From Leucoraja ocellata (lineage: Eukaryota): a DNA stretch of 64,000 nucleotides. The notes beneath the pieces are model-generated. The model was not told the DNA's origin. It made no database searches and saw only the letters and a program-made list of their open reading frames with translations. Shown in pieces: positions 13,235-25,411 of this stretch. The stretch is taken from contig JAWMAR010000034.1 of the NCBI GenBank assembly GCA_036785375.1, forward strand, positions 4,588,001 through 4,652,000, written 5' to 3'. The position numbers and the translations under genes were made by a program. The stretch's first letter is position 1. Each line of letters begins with the position of its first letter.

Positions 13235-14072
13235 CTCTCGTCAGCAGCGGCCTCTGCAGCCCGTCCGCGTTTTTATTATTTTTTGTCTATGTTTCTATGT
13301 AGTTTTTGTTATTTTTTGTTGGGGTGTGTGTGTGGGGGGGTGGGAGGGAGGGGGTAACTTTTAAATCTCTCCCTGCACGGGAGACCCGACCTTTTCTGTC
13401 GGGTCTCCGTTGTCGTTGGGGCTGCAACGAGGAGCGGCCTCCAACAGGAGAAGACCGGGGGCTCTGGTGCCGACGACTCACCTCACCGTCGCGGAGCTGG
13501 CCGAGACCGGAGCGGGTGGAGCGGTGGTGGAGCGCTGCTGCTGCTGCGGCCCGACCTCCGGAGATTCGGAGGCTGCAACTGCGGGTCTGACAGACGGCGG
13601 CACCGGGAGCCCGCGGGTCCCTGCAGGGAGACCGCTTTTCAGGGCTCCTGCAGCGGCGACTTCTCCCGCCCGAGTTGCGGGGTTGAAGAGCTCCTGGAGC
13701 GGGGCCTGACATCACCGCCCCGCGCGGCTTGGAATGGCCGCGGGACTCTGCGAGCGCACGCCGGGGGCTCTAACACCAAGACCCAATGTGCGACCTTGCA
13801 TCACCCGGCGTGGCTTTAATGGCCGCGGGACAATCGCCATCGCCAGCCGGGGGCTTTGACTTTGACTCTGACATCGGGGGGGGGGGGGGGAGTGCAGTGG
13901 AGAGATAAGTTTTTTTGGCCTTCCATCACAGCGATGTGATGGATGTTTATGTAAATTATGTTGTGTCTTGGGTCTATTTGTTTGTAACGTATGGCTGCAG
14001 AAACGGCATTTCGTTTGGACCTCAAGGGGTCCAAATGACAATTAAATTGAATCTTGAATCTTGAATCTTGAA
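13235..14072 (+). mobile_element. GC-rich non-autonomous retroelement with (CTTGAAT)n tail
   Basis: CpG-rich body, tandem 3' tail; splits an older Deu-type SINE (13150-13220 and 14075-14400). Confidence 0.7.
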
Positions 14073-14819
14073 CCTGCCATGGAGTGTTACATTATTCATG
14101 CTACTGCTTTCAGCTTAACTGTTAAAGAAGTCTACTTCCCTAGAAGGACATGAAAGAACCCACGGCACAATTTGACAAAAGTAACTGGGAAAGTGGTTGG
14201 AGGTCTTCACAATGCCCTGGCCAACATTTATCTCCCAGTCTGCACACAAAATTAATGATCTGGTTGTCAATGAATCGGTTTTAAAGAAGGTTGCCATGAG
14301 CTAAATAAATACTTTATTTTCATCACTATATTTCAAAAGGAACTTCATTAGACTAAAAAAATTGAGTATCTGGTAGTTAAGGGAGGTACAAGAGAAATTA
14401 TTTTTTTTCTCCCCCCAAAAAGTTATTTTTAAGAAAATAACTCTCTGTACCTCCATTTTTCTAATAAACCATTTTAGCTTCTTGAATCTAATCTTTGGTA
14501 TATCTGCCGTTCTCAGAAATAAACTCTTTGTTAAGTACAGGTTTTAACATGTGAAGAAAACATTTATTCATTTGCTCAAAGAAAATTCTCAATTTATTCG
14601 ATGGATGTGATATCTCTTCCTGGAACTTTGCAATTAGTCACGTTCAATATATTTCTCAGTTGAAGTCATTTTAACTATGACACAAATATTTCTTACAAGC
14701 TAAAGCCTAATCTCTCAGCTTCTCCTTTTCGTGTTTCTAATTGAATTGCACATCACAAGGTTGTTTTATTCCCCCAAATTTTCATTTAAGCGTTTTTTCA
14801 CATTTTCATTTCTCCCAAA

Positions 14820-15200
14820 TTTGTAGCTCAGTTCATAAAACTTATTCTTGTTTATCAGAAGGTCATGGATTCAAAGTTCCATTCCAGGAAATTGGACATA
14901 GATATATCTGTTCTCACTTCAACATGGTACTGAGGTTAGTGAGGGCTGGCCTTCGAGAGATGCAGGTTGTTCTCTAAACAATAGGCATACAAGGTATCCT
15001 GGCTAATATCAAGTCAGATGGTCTGGCCATTACCACATTCTGCTTGAATTACCACATTTCCTATGGCAGAGCAATGATCAAGTTTGACAAAGTATTTCTT
15101 GACTGTACAGCATTTGGTGGTAAACTGAGATAATGAAAGGTACTTCAGCATCTGCCAGTTCCTTCTTGAACACAAACATCATGAAAGGTACTATGGACAT
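14820..15200 (+). mobile_element. Degenerate Deu-type SINE (SacSINE1-like)
   Basis: GAAGGTCATGGATTCAAAG B-box-like head, TCCTGGCTAATAT core, L2-like tail ATGAAAGGTACT. Confidence 0.5.
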
Positions 15201-15233
15201 TTTGTGTATGAAGTACATGGTACAATATCACTG

Positions 15234-16790
15234 TCACTCTTTTAGGGAGTTAGGTAAAAGATTAAAATAAAGGACCTCGAGGATGATAATTTCAGGATTA
15301 CTACCAGCGCCACGTGATAGTGAATGTAGCAATAGGATGATAGGACAGATGAATGCATGGCTGAGGAGTTGGTGCAATGAACAGCTATTCAGAATATTGG
15401 ACCATTTGGATCTCTTCTGCAACCGAGCTGACCCGTACAAGAAAGATGGGTTGCACCTGACAATAGACAATAGGTGCAGGAGTAGGTCACTCAGCCCTTC
15501 GAGCCAGCACCGCCATTCAATGTGATCATGGCAGATCATCCCCAATCAGTACCCCGTTCCTGCCGTCTCCCCATATCCCCTGACTCCACTATCTTTAAGA
15601 ACCCTATCTAGCTTTCTCTTCAAAGTATCCAGAGAACCAGCCTCTACCACCCTCTGAGGCAGAGAATTCCACAGACTCACAACTTTCTGTGTGAAAAAGT
15701 GTTTATTTATCTCCATTCTAAATGGCTTACCCCTTATTCTGAAACTGTGGCCCCTGGTTCTGGACTCCCCCAACATCGGGAACATGTTTCCTGCCTCTAG
15801 CGTGTCCAAACCCTTTATAATCTTATATGTTTCAACAAGATCCCTTCTCATCCTCCTAAATTCCAGAGTATACAAGCCCAGCCGCTGCATTCTCTCAGCA
15901 TATGACAGTCCTGCAATCCCAGGAATTAACCTTGTAAACCTATGCTGCACTCCCTCAATAGCAAGAATGTCCTTCCTCAAATTAGGGGACCAAAACTGCA
16001 CACAATACTCTAGGTGTAGTCTCACTCAGGCCCTGTACATCTGCAGAAGGACCTCTTTACTCATGTATCTTTTTATGAAGGCCAACATGCCATTCGCTTT
16101 CTTCACTGCCTACTGTACCTGCATGCTTACTTTCATTGACTGATGAGCAAAGACCCCCAAATCCCGTTGTACTTCCCCTTTTCCCAACTTGACACCATTT
16201 AGATATTAATCTGCCTTCCTATTTTTGCTACCAAGGTGGATAACCTCACATTTCTCCACATTAAACTGCATCTGTCATGCATCTGCCCACCTGAAGTAGA
16301 GGGGAACCAACATCCTTGCATGGAGGTGTGCTAGTGCTACTCGGGATCGTTTACACGAGAATGGCAAGCGGGTTCGAACCAGAGCAATGGGTCAGCAAAT
16401 GGAAGAACTGATGAGAAGTGGTAGTTGTGAAAAGTGTCTTAAAGTAAGGACAGGCAGGGAGAGGTTCATGTACATGGGGATAAAGAAGGGCTGAAATGTT
16501 TTTACTTCAATGTAAGGAGTTTTGTGGGCAAAGCTGATGATCCGAGCCTGGATCAGTGCATTTATGATGTTGTGGTCATTAATGAAACTTGGTCGCAAGA
16601 GGCACATGACTGGCAGCTCAATGTGCCTGGGTTTTGACGTTTCAAACGTGATACATTGGGAGGAGAAAGAGGTGGAGGAGTTGCTTTACTAATCTGGGAG
16701 AATATTGTGGCAGTAATAGGAGAGGACATACTGGATTGTATGTCTACTGAGGCATTATGGGTTGAGCTAAAAAATAAGAAAGAAACAAAA
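15234..16790 (+). mobile_element. CR1 ORF1 (SGNH esterase) C-terminus and ORF2 start, interrupted
   Basis: IISGLLP..MNAWLRSWC..YKKDGLHL continues as ..RGTNILA after 16294; APE start at ~16530. Confidence 0.8.
15461..16287 (-). mobile_element. CR1/HER1 RT C-terminal fragment, nested insertion
   Basis: ORF 15546-16025 HLEYCVQFWSP..GYGETAGTGY; CACCTGA repeated at both junctions. Confidence 0.92.
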
Positions 16791-18099
16791 TGAAAAGGAT
16801 CACGATTGATCGAGTATCACAGTGCTATTTCCTGTAATAACCCTAAATCCCTTTACTACTTTAATATCCAAAAGTAAGAGGTTTCTGACTTTAATCTACC
16901 CTGTAGGTGTGGAAGAATTGCAAAACCACCAACTTATCAATCAGTATACTGGCTAAATCAATATGTCGGCTGAAGCTAATGTCACAATATAGTTCACTTT
17001 GTTTTTGCAAAAAGCAACCAGACACATTGTACGCATGTAATCAAAATGTACAACAGGAAGCAGTCTGCTATGAAGAGGTTGCCCCCATTCATGAGTAACC
17101 CAGCATGATCTGCTTGCGTCTTTTTCCCTTGTGGGCTGCAAGATTGTTTAGTAAGAAGTAGACGATGTTGTGAAGCTTCATCCCACTCCAGATTTTAAAC
17201 TTAGCTCTGACTCTATCACGTGGGCATCGTTTAAGGTCAGTGGTGGTCAGTGGTTCACACCACCAACACCTGCATCAGTTTCAAAATTATTCTGCATGCG
17301 CTGCTGCCTTTTCTGTTTTTTCCAAACCACAGACACATGTAAAACATAGTGTGGGCATTTCACTTAAGTCCAGTTTCCATGTTGCGTGAGGGAAACTCTG
17401 TAAAAAAAAAAATCTGCTAGCCCTCCAATTTTAGCGAGCCTCACTCATTTCTTTCAGATTCAGATTCAATTTTAATTGTCATTGTCAGTGTACAGTACAG
17501 AGACAACGAAATGCACTTAGCATCTCCCTGGAATTTCCTTGTTATGAATATTGATTGTCAAAGAATAATGGTTACAAACCTACAGGACCCATTGCACAAC
17601 CACTTAGAAAATAAAATATATATTGATTTGTAAATATCCACTAACTCTGGAAGGAGTTTACTGGATGAAAAGGGGGAGTATGAAATACAAGGTTTCTTTG
17701 CTGGGTGGGGCTGGAGGAGAGGAGGAACGCTTCGGGTGCAAATCGAAGAACCATTTAAGAGGCCTGATGTTCTATTCATCTGTAGGTAACCAGCCATCTG
17801 CTGTCCTTTAAACGAATGCTGGTCAAGTTAGTATTTTCCAAATATCCATTAGTGGGACATGCAAGACCTAACTGAGTGTAACCTAAAATACCATTGACAT
17901 CCGCTGGATCTCTCTGTAATTCCGCTTGATCCTCCTAAGGTACAGCTAATTTAGTAACAGAATTTTCAGACAAGACTGCCCACCCTCCAAAATTACTCGG
18001 TGTTTGGCTCATTGAATCTATGCCAGGTCTAAGAGAAACCCCATCACCCTCTCTACCACATTTATTTCCTGTGACCTACTCTTTCTTTATGTAATTGAC

Positions 18100-18310
18100 A
18101 AGTTCTTTATTGTCCTATCACCCACCCACACAATAGGAAATTTTGTGTGGCCAATTGACCTAACAACCAGCAGGTCTTTGGGATGTGGAAGGAAACCAGA
18201 GCACCCATATAAAACCCACAAGGCCACTGGATGTACGTGCAAAACTTGCACAAAGAACAATGAAGGTCGAATTGAACCCGGGTTGCTGGAACTGTGAGAC
18301 AACAATACTA
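18100..18310 (-). mobile_element. Degenerate V-SINE
   Basis: GGTTTCCTTCCACATCCCAAAGAC core on the minus strand. Confidence 0.6.
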
Positions 18311-18312
18311 TG

Positions 18313-19570
18313 TGGAAACAAGAGACTGCAGATTCGAAAATCTGTAGCAAAACAAGGAGAACAGCTGGAGAAACTCAGTAGGTCAGGCAGCATCTGAAAG
18401 CAAGGAAATGGACAATCGACAATTTAGGTTAAGACCCTTCATCAAGACCAAAAGAGTAGAGGGGAAGTAGCCAGTATAATGACTTGGAGGGAGAGATGAA
18501 TGGTAAATAATGATTAGAAGGGGGAGGTAAGGGTGAAATAGAGCAACAGAGGTGAAAGCTGCAGATCCAGGAATGGGAGGGGAAGAATGGAAGTTAATGA
18601 AGGGTGGTGACCGAGGGAGAGGAGGGTGAAAGGTAAGAAATAAGGGTCTAGAAATAAGCATCTAGTGGCCGGTGTGGGGGAGGGGGAATAAAACCAGTTT
18701 TATTTGGAGTCTGGGTGGAGAGGGTAATAAGGTGGTTTGACAGAGGACCAAGATAAACTGGAGAAGAGGGTAAAGGACTGAGGGGATGCAGGTTAGCTGG
18801 CACTGGAGAATTTAAAGGTCATGCTTCATGTTGAAGCCAACCCAGGCTGAATATGATGTGCTTGTTACTCGGGTTTGAGTGTGGCAATGGAGGAGGCCAA
18901 GGACGTATATGTCAGGAAAGAACTGTTGTGAAAACATCACCCATTCCTTCTCTCCAGAGATGTTGCCCGTCCCGCTGTTACTTCAGCATTTTGCATCTAC
19001 CTTCGACGTATATGTCAGTGTGGGAGTGGGACAGGGAATTAGAATAGCTGGCAACCAGATATAGATGGCCACAACGGACAGAACACAGCTTTTGGCAAAG
19101 CAATCACCAAGTCTGCATTTGACTCACCAGTTCAGAGGAAGCCTCATTGGAAGCACCAAATGCAATAGACGAGGTTGGAGGAGATACATGTGGATCTCTG
19201 TCTCACCTGGATGGCATGTTTAAGTCCCTGGATGGAGGTGATAAAGAAGGTGTTACACCTTCTATAGTTGCAGGGGAAAGTGCCTGGGGAAGGACAGGTA
19301 GGGAGAGACGAGAGAGCAAGGAAGTCTTGGAGACTTCCACCAGAGAAAGCAGAAAAGGCTGGGGAGGGAAAGTTCAGTTCACGTTGTAGCTTGTGAAAAT
19401 GTCAAAGAATGATGCACTGAATATGGAGGCTGGCGAGGTGAAAGGTAAAAATGAAGAGAACGCTACTGCAGTTCTGTCTGGTAGAAGTGGGGTGAGAACA
19501 GAAGAGCGGGAAATAGAGGAGATACAAGTGTGGGTTTGGTCAAACACAGTGGGGGATAGACCTGAAAAAG
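18313..19570 (-). mobile_element. Penelope-like element remnant (GIY-YIG region plus terminal repeat)
   Basis: 19100-19215 minus resembles QVRQR.TC.SSNL.YCI.C..C.LL..GE.K.RLGD; nested short copy 18916-19004 with 14-bp TSD GACGTATATGTCAG. Confidence 0.7.
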
Positions 19571-19914
19571 GAGTACCTTGCGCCTCAGATGCTACTAAAG
19601 TTTCTGAATGTGTGTTGAATATGTATGAGGGTCCTTTCAGAACTGAGTGCACCACATGGTTTGAATTTGATATAATGATGTACCAACCACTGATGTAATG
19701 AGCTTTCTGCCTTAGTAAGAAATAACACAAAAACCCCATTAGACATTATAGTTGACAGCACTGATCCATTGCTGAAATAGTTCTTGCCAACATCCATAGG
19801 GTGCATCTGTGCTAGCTGCCTATAATTTCTTGGCAAACAGCTTAAGGGAACTTTATCATGAAGGACCTTCAATTCTTGTGTACGTTATCATGAAGACTGA
19901 TGAGAAATGCTAAA

Positions 19915-20101
19915 GGTAAACACAAAATGCTGGAGTAACTCAGCGGGTGAGGCAGCATCTCTGGAGAGAAGGAATGGGCGACGTTTCGAGTCGAGTCGAG
20001 ACGCTTCCTTCTCTCCAGAGATGCTGCCTTACCTGCTGAGTTACTCCAGCAATTTGTGTCTACCTTTGATTTTAACCAGCATCTGCAATCCTTTCTTACA
20101 C
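19915..20101. mobile_element. Palindromic Penelope-derived element
   Basis: Inverted arms ~60 bp; 15-bp TSD ATGAGAAATGCTAAA at 19900-19914 and 20102-20116. Confidence 0.85.
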
Positions 20102-20197
20102 ATGAGAAATGCTAAATATACAGCAACTGCTGGATTCATAAAGGACAAATAAAATTAATAACATAACTAATCCTTAGAAATGTGTTTTAAGCATAAG

Positions 20198-21053
20198 TGG
20201 GTGGCGCCAGCAAAGGCTGCCTCGCCAATAGTCTGTCTGTCCCTTTCCTTTTTGAGTTTTAATAGTATGTGCTAAATGTATTTTTTTTAGTCTTTAGCTT
20301 GTTTTATGTGGGGGGTTGGGGGGGAAGGGGTAGGGGGAAACTTTTTCTAATCTCTTACCTTGACGGAAATGCAATTTTTTCCCGTATCGTATCTGCGTCC
20401 GCACTGTGGCCTAACATCGAGGAGTTGGCAGCCTTTGCTGGAGACCGACTTTGGTGAGCTCCACTGTGAGTGACTACAGGACTTTAACATTGCGGAGCCC
20501 GCGGTCCCTTTGCCAGGGCTCAACCTCGGAGCTCCAACCATGGGATTGATTTCAGGAAGCCAAGCGGTACACATATCCTGGTTTGCATTGATAGTGCTGA
20601 AGTAGAGATGGTTGAAGGCGTGGGTGCCTGCGGACTTAACATCACGGAACTCTCGGTCTCTAGTCAGAGACCGACTTCGGGAACTACAAGCCGCAGGAGC
20701 TTCGACCACCCCGACGCAGGAGTTTCGATCGCCGTGACGCGGGAGCTTCGACCTTCCCGACACGGGAGTTTTGATCGCCCCTATGCGGGTGCTTCGACCA
20801 CTGGCTGAAGGAGCTTCAATCGCCCCGAAGGATGGTTCGATTGCCCAGACTGCGGGAGAATATAGAGGAAGAGGATTGGACTTTTTTGCTTTCCATCACA
20901 GTGAGGAATGTGGGGAATCCACTGCGCTGTACGTTTATGTTAACTTTTATGTAGTTATGGGTCTTCTTTTTTTTCCATATGGCTGTATGGTAATTCGCAT
21001 AATTGTACCTTAATTGGTAAATGTGACAATAAAAGACCTTTGAAATCTTTGAA
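20198..21053 (+). mobile_element. GC-rich non-autonomous retroelement
   Basis: Shares CCTAACATCGAGGA and TTCCATCACAG blocks and an ACAATAAA+(CTTTGA)n tail with 37621-38496 and 13235-14072. Confidence 0.7.
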
Positions 21054-21230
21054 AGAAGTAGAGGCGTTGGTGGGCCTTCTTAGTCATTGCTTCAATATGG
21101 ATGGCCCAGGAAAAGTTGTTATTGATATTGATTCTGAGGAATTTGAATTTGTATATACCCTATACCCAAGTTTCTTCAATATTTATGCTGCACATATTTA
21201 ATTTTACCATGCATGCACTGAATAACACAA

Positions 21231-21433
21231 GGAAAATTGCAGTCATGTTTTCTTAACATTGAAAATGAAATGAAAGATATCTCACACTTTTCAAAACAAA
21301 TTACATTCAAAACGTTGTAATGTTCACGGCAGTTAATGCCTACACCACGAGGATTAAAACTAGGTGGAATGCGTTTTACTACTTATGGTGTTGTGACGTC
21401 ATGGTAACCCACGTCCTGTTACTTTACTAAATA
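21231..21433 (+). promoter_or_regulatory. Putative CRTAM proximal promoter
   Basis: Perfect CRE TGACGTCA 21394-21401, TAAATA 21428-21433, GAAAatGAAA 21261-21270, TCACACTT 21282-21289, GGAAAA 21231-21236. Confidence 0.55.
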
Positions 21434-21446
21434 CAGAAGCAGAGAG

Positions 21447-21505
21447 AGACCAGTCAGATATTGTTCTGTTCGTAGACCAGTCCGATATTGTTCTGCTCGT
21501 AGACC
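21447..21505 (+). repeat. 27-bp tandem duplication in CRTAM 5' UTR
   Basis: AGACCAGTC(A/C)GATATTGTTCTG(T/C)TCGT x2, then AGACC, then ATG. Confidence 0.9.
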
Positions 21506-21554
21506 ATGGCTATTCTTTCAGTACTGTGTTTTCTGGTCTTTGCTGCACTTCAAG
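21506..21554 (+). CDS. CRTAM: CRTAM exon 1, signal peptide
   Basis: accATGg Kozak, MAILSVLCFLVFAALQ, phase-1 donor G|GTAAAT; parallels human ..FPLQ|E. Confidence 0.8.
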
Positions 21555-23802
21555 GTAAATTAAAAGCTTTACTTAACCTCTTGGATATAAAATTGAAGTA
21601 ACCTTGTTTTTAATTGTGCTGAGAAACTATAGTGTAAAATGTTTAAAAAACGTGAATTGTTGATGTACCGAGCTGACATCCTGTCTGGGGAAGTTTTACA
21701 TGAAAGTATTTGATACTCAATATTGAGAAGTTTCCAAGCTAGATGACATTCTCTGGAGAAACACCATGTATAATTACTGAGATTGTATTGATTTCATATA
21801 CAATTCAATTATAAAAATAAAAGATCACTAATAAAACTGGTAAATCTACAAGGTTAATTGTAGTTTATCTGAACGACTGTATACTTTGAGATAAGTTCCT
21901 CAAAGAAATGCAACTTGCAATTTGTAAAATCATTCTGATAGCGAAATGTTATTTTAAACATTAAATGAACAAATTGCGTCAATAAGGTTCACAGTTGAAT
22001 CTTTATCTGGTATTCCATTTATTTATTTATTTATAATTATATTTAATTAATGGGCATGGGCATCACTGGCGTGGGTAATGTTGCTACCCCTCTTTGATGT
22101 CTAAACATGGAATGACTGGCAAGGTCATTTCAGAGGCCAGTTAAGCGGCAACCAGATTGTGATGGGAGTGTAATCACATTATGGCCAGACCAGGTAAGAC
22201 CAGCAGAATTGTTTAGACCCGGAAATTCTAAAATAAAAACAGAAAATTTTGGAAACACTCAACAGGTTAGGTAGAAACTATGGAGAAAAACAGTTGCAAC
22301 TTAAAGATATGACGAAGGGGCTTCAAACTGAAACATTCACTTTGTTCTCTCCAGGATCTTTTAGTGTTTAAATCAAAATAGTTATCTGACTTCTTGGAAG
22401 CAAACTTGTGATAAAAATGTTAATTCTAGATGGCACACACAGCTGGCATGAATAGACCAGAATTCAGACCATTAATCTGGATTTCTGATTTGTTAGTCCA
22501 CTGCTATACTATTGTGAGACATGGCAACACAGGATGTTCTAATTGATGTATGTGCATAAGTCAGAACAGAAAAGTTTGCGATGGTTCAAATTACCAATTG
22601 CTATCACCCTCATTAATATGTACACCAAATGAGAGCAGGATTAAATTCAGCAACCATGATGTTCCATGGAAAAAGATATTACTGGCATTCAACCCTCAGG
22701 ACTTGCTCTTGAATACCGGCTTCTCTATGGGGTTCCCAAACCAATCCACAGCTCGAGGGAATGGTCCCAAAGTGAAGCATCAACATTGCCCATGCCAGTG
22801 ATGCCCATATCCATTAATGAAATATAATTAAAAATAAATAAATAAATGGAATACCAGCTAAAGATTCAACAGTGCACCTCGACTGAATGGTCCCAAAGTG
22901 AAATGTGCTAAATATATAATCCTCATACATTTTTGTTCAAAAACATGAAAGCCTGGTAATAGATAGGTATTGTTTTTAACCACATTAACACATTTTTCCA
23001 TTTTGCATTTTCAACAAAAACAAATGATGTTTGCCTTCAATGAAGGGGATTTGTCTTTATTGGAAAGAGCATTTGTTAACAGTTCAGCAAGATGAGGAGA
23101 TTTGGGGAGAATCACTGAGTTTGTTGCAGTAGTTTATATTTCAATTTAATTGATATATTTTCAATATTTTTTCATTTGATATGTCTTTCAAGAATATGGC
23201 AAATAAATCTATTTTGTAGTGAATTGCATTGAGAAGTATCTTCCACATTTCAGACTTCCATCCGGAAGCATATTTCACGTTACATTTTCCGCCAACTTAG
23301 TCTTTCTGCGAGCCACCCCACAGGATTAATACAACAGTAGTTCAACCAATACATCTAAATCGATGAATGATGTGTATTTCATGATTCCTCATTTAAATAT
23401 TTTCCTGTGAAATTAGAACCCATTCAGCAAGGAGCTATCAGTTTCCATTAAATTTTTTTGTTGGCATACTGGTTGGAGTATTATAAATAGGTGCAAGATT
23501 AAATTGATTATAACATGGTATTGGCTAACAAACTTTGATATGTAAGTATGCTAGATGTGTTTTTATGCTTCTTGACTTACTCGGTGGCAAGGCATTCACT
23601 TAAATAATTGTCACTTGATTATCCGCGGATTGTGAAACCTTACCTCAATATTTGGCAACATAATCTTTAGGATATCCAAAGATGCTTGGTAGACAACGAG
23701 TAGTGCTGAAGTTCAGGGTTTATCTGTAAAACAGGAAAAAAGAGCAGAACATTTAATCATGGAATAGCCAAATAATATGGTGCGTGTGTTGGTGGAAAGA
23801 TA

Positions 23803-25411
23803 CAGAGACCTCCATAATGTTTGGGACAAAGACCCATCATTTATTTATTTGCCTCTATCCTCCATAATTTGAGATTTGTAATATAAGTGCACATTGTCAG
23901 ACTTTAATAAAGGCCATTTTTATACATTATGGTTTCACCATGTAAAAATTACAGCAGTGTTTATACATAGTCCCCCCATTTCAGGGCACCATAATGTTTG
24001 GGACACAGGTCATGTAAATGAAAGTCATCATGTTTAGTATTTTGTTGCATATACTTTGCATGCAATGACTGCTTGAAGTCTGTGATTCATGGACATCACC
24101 AGTTGCCGGGTGTCTTCTCTCGTGATGCTCTGCCAGGCCTGTATTGCCTATTTTGGGGGCTAATCCCCTTCAGTTTTCTCTTCAGCATATAAATGGCATG
24201 GTCAATTGGGTTCAGATCGAGTGATTTGACTTGGCGACTCAAGAATTTACCATTTTTTTAAACTTTGAAAAATTCCTTTGTTGCTTTAGCAGTATGTTTG
24301 GGATCATTGTCTTGCTGTAGAATGAACTGCCGGTCAATGAGTTTTGAGGCATTTGTTTGAACTTGAGCAGATAGGATGTGTCTATACACTTCAGAATTCA
24401 TTATGCTACTACCATCAGCAGTTGTATCATCAATGAAGATAAGTGAGCCAGTACCTTCAGCAGCCATACATGCCCAGGCCTTAACACCCCCACCACCATG
24501 TTTCACAGATGAAGTGGTATGCTTTGGATCTTGTGCAGTTCATTCTCTCCTCCATACTTTGCTCTTGCCATCACTCTGATATAAGTTAATCTTCGTCTCA
24601 TCTGTCCACAAGACCTTTTTCCAGAACTGTGGTTGCTCTTTTAAGTACTTCTTGGCAAACTGTAACCTGGCCATCCTATTTTTCCGACTAACCAGTGGTT
24701 TGCATCTTACCGTGTAGCCTTTGTATTTCTGTTCAAGTCTTCTGTTGACAGTGGTCATTGACAAATCCACACCTGATTCCTGAAGAGTGTTTCTGATCTG
24801 TCGGACAGGTGTTTGGGGATTTTTCTTTATTATAGAGAGAATTCTTCTGTCTTCAGCTGTGGAGGTCTTCCTTGGCCTGCCAGTCCCCTTGCGATTAGTA
24901 AGCTCACCAGTGCTCTCTTTCTTCTTAATGATGTTCCAAACAGTTGATTTTGGGAAGCCTAAGGTTTGGCTGATGTCTCTAACAGTGTTATTCTTGTTTC
25001 TCAGTCTCATAATGGCTTCTATGACTTTCATTGGCACAACTTTGGTCCTCATGTTAATAAACAGCAACAAAGGTTTCCAAAGGTGATAGAAAGACTGGAG
25101 AAAAGACTAGGTGCTGAGAGCTCTCTTATACCTGCATTAAGGAGGCATTTAAACACACCTGAGCAATTACAAACACCTGTAAAGCCATGTGTCCCAAACA
25201 TTATAGTTCCCTGAAATGGGGGGACTATGTACAAACACAGCTGTAATTTTTGCACGGTGAAACCAAAATGTATAAAAATACCCTTTAATAAAATCTGACA
25301 ATTTGCACTTTAACCACATGAGATTTTTTCTATTACAAATCTCAAATTGTGGAGTACAGAGGCAAATAAATAAATGATGGGTCTTTGTCCCAAACATTAT
25401 GGAGGGCACTG
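23803..25411 (-). mobile_element. Tc1-family transposon, IR/DR type, near full length, defective
   Basis: TA flanks, ~200-bp TIRs with internal repeat CCATAATGTTTGGGACA; transposase pieces MRTKVV..GRPRKT..VLWTDETK, KHGGG..QQDNDPKH, DLNPI with frameshifts. Confidence 0.95.

Noticed and set aside
13287-14041. Overlapping 90-180 aa ORFs here and at 20347-21013, 37702-38238, 53697-54099
   Set aside because: Stop-poor GC-rich repeat or promoter DNA; no recognisable domain or splice context
16907-17410. Possible exons on either strand
   Set aside because: All frames from the candidate acceptors terminate early; no recognisable protein
1-21000. Expected neighbour UBASH3B or miR-100/let-7/miR-125 cluster
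   Set aside because: No matching exons or mature miRNA sequences seen by eye; small exons could have been missed
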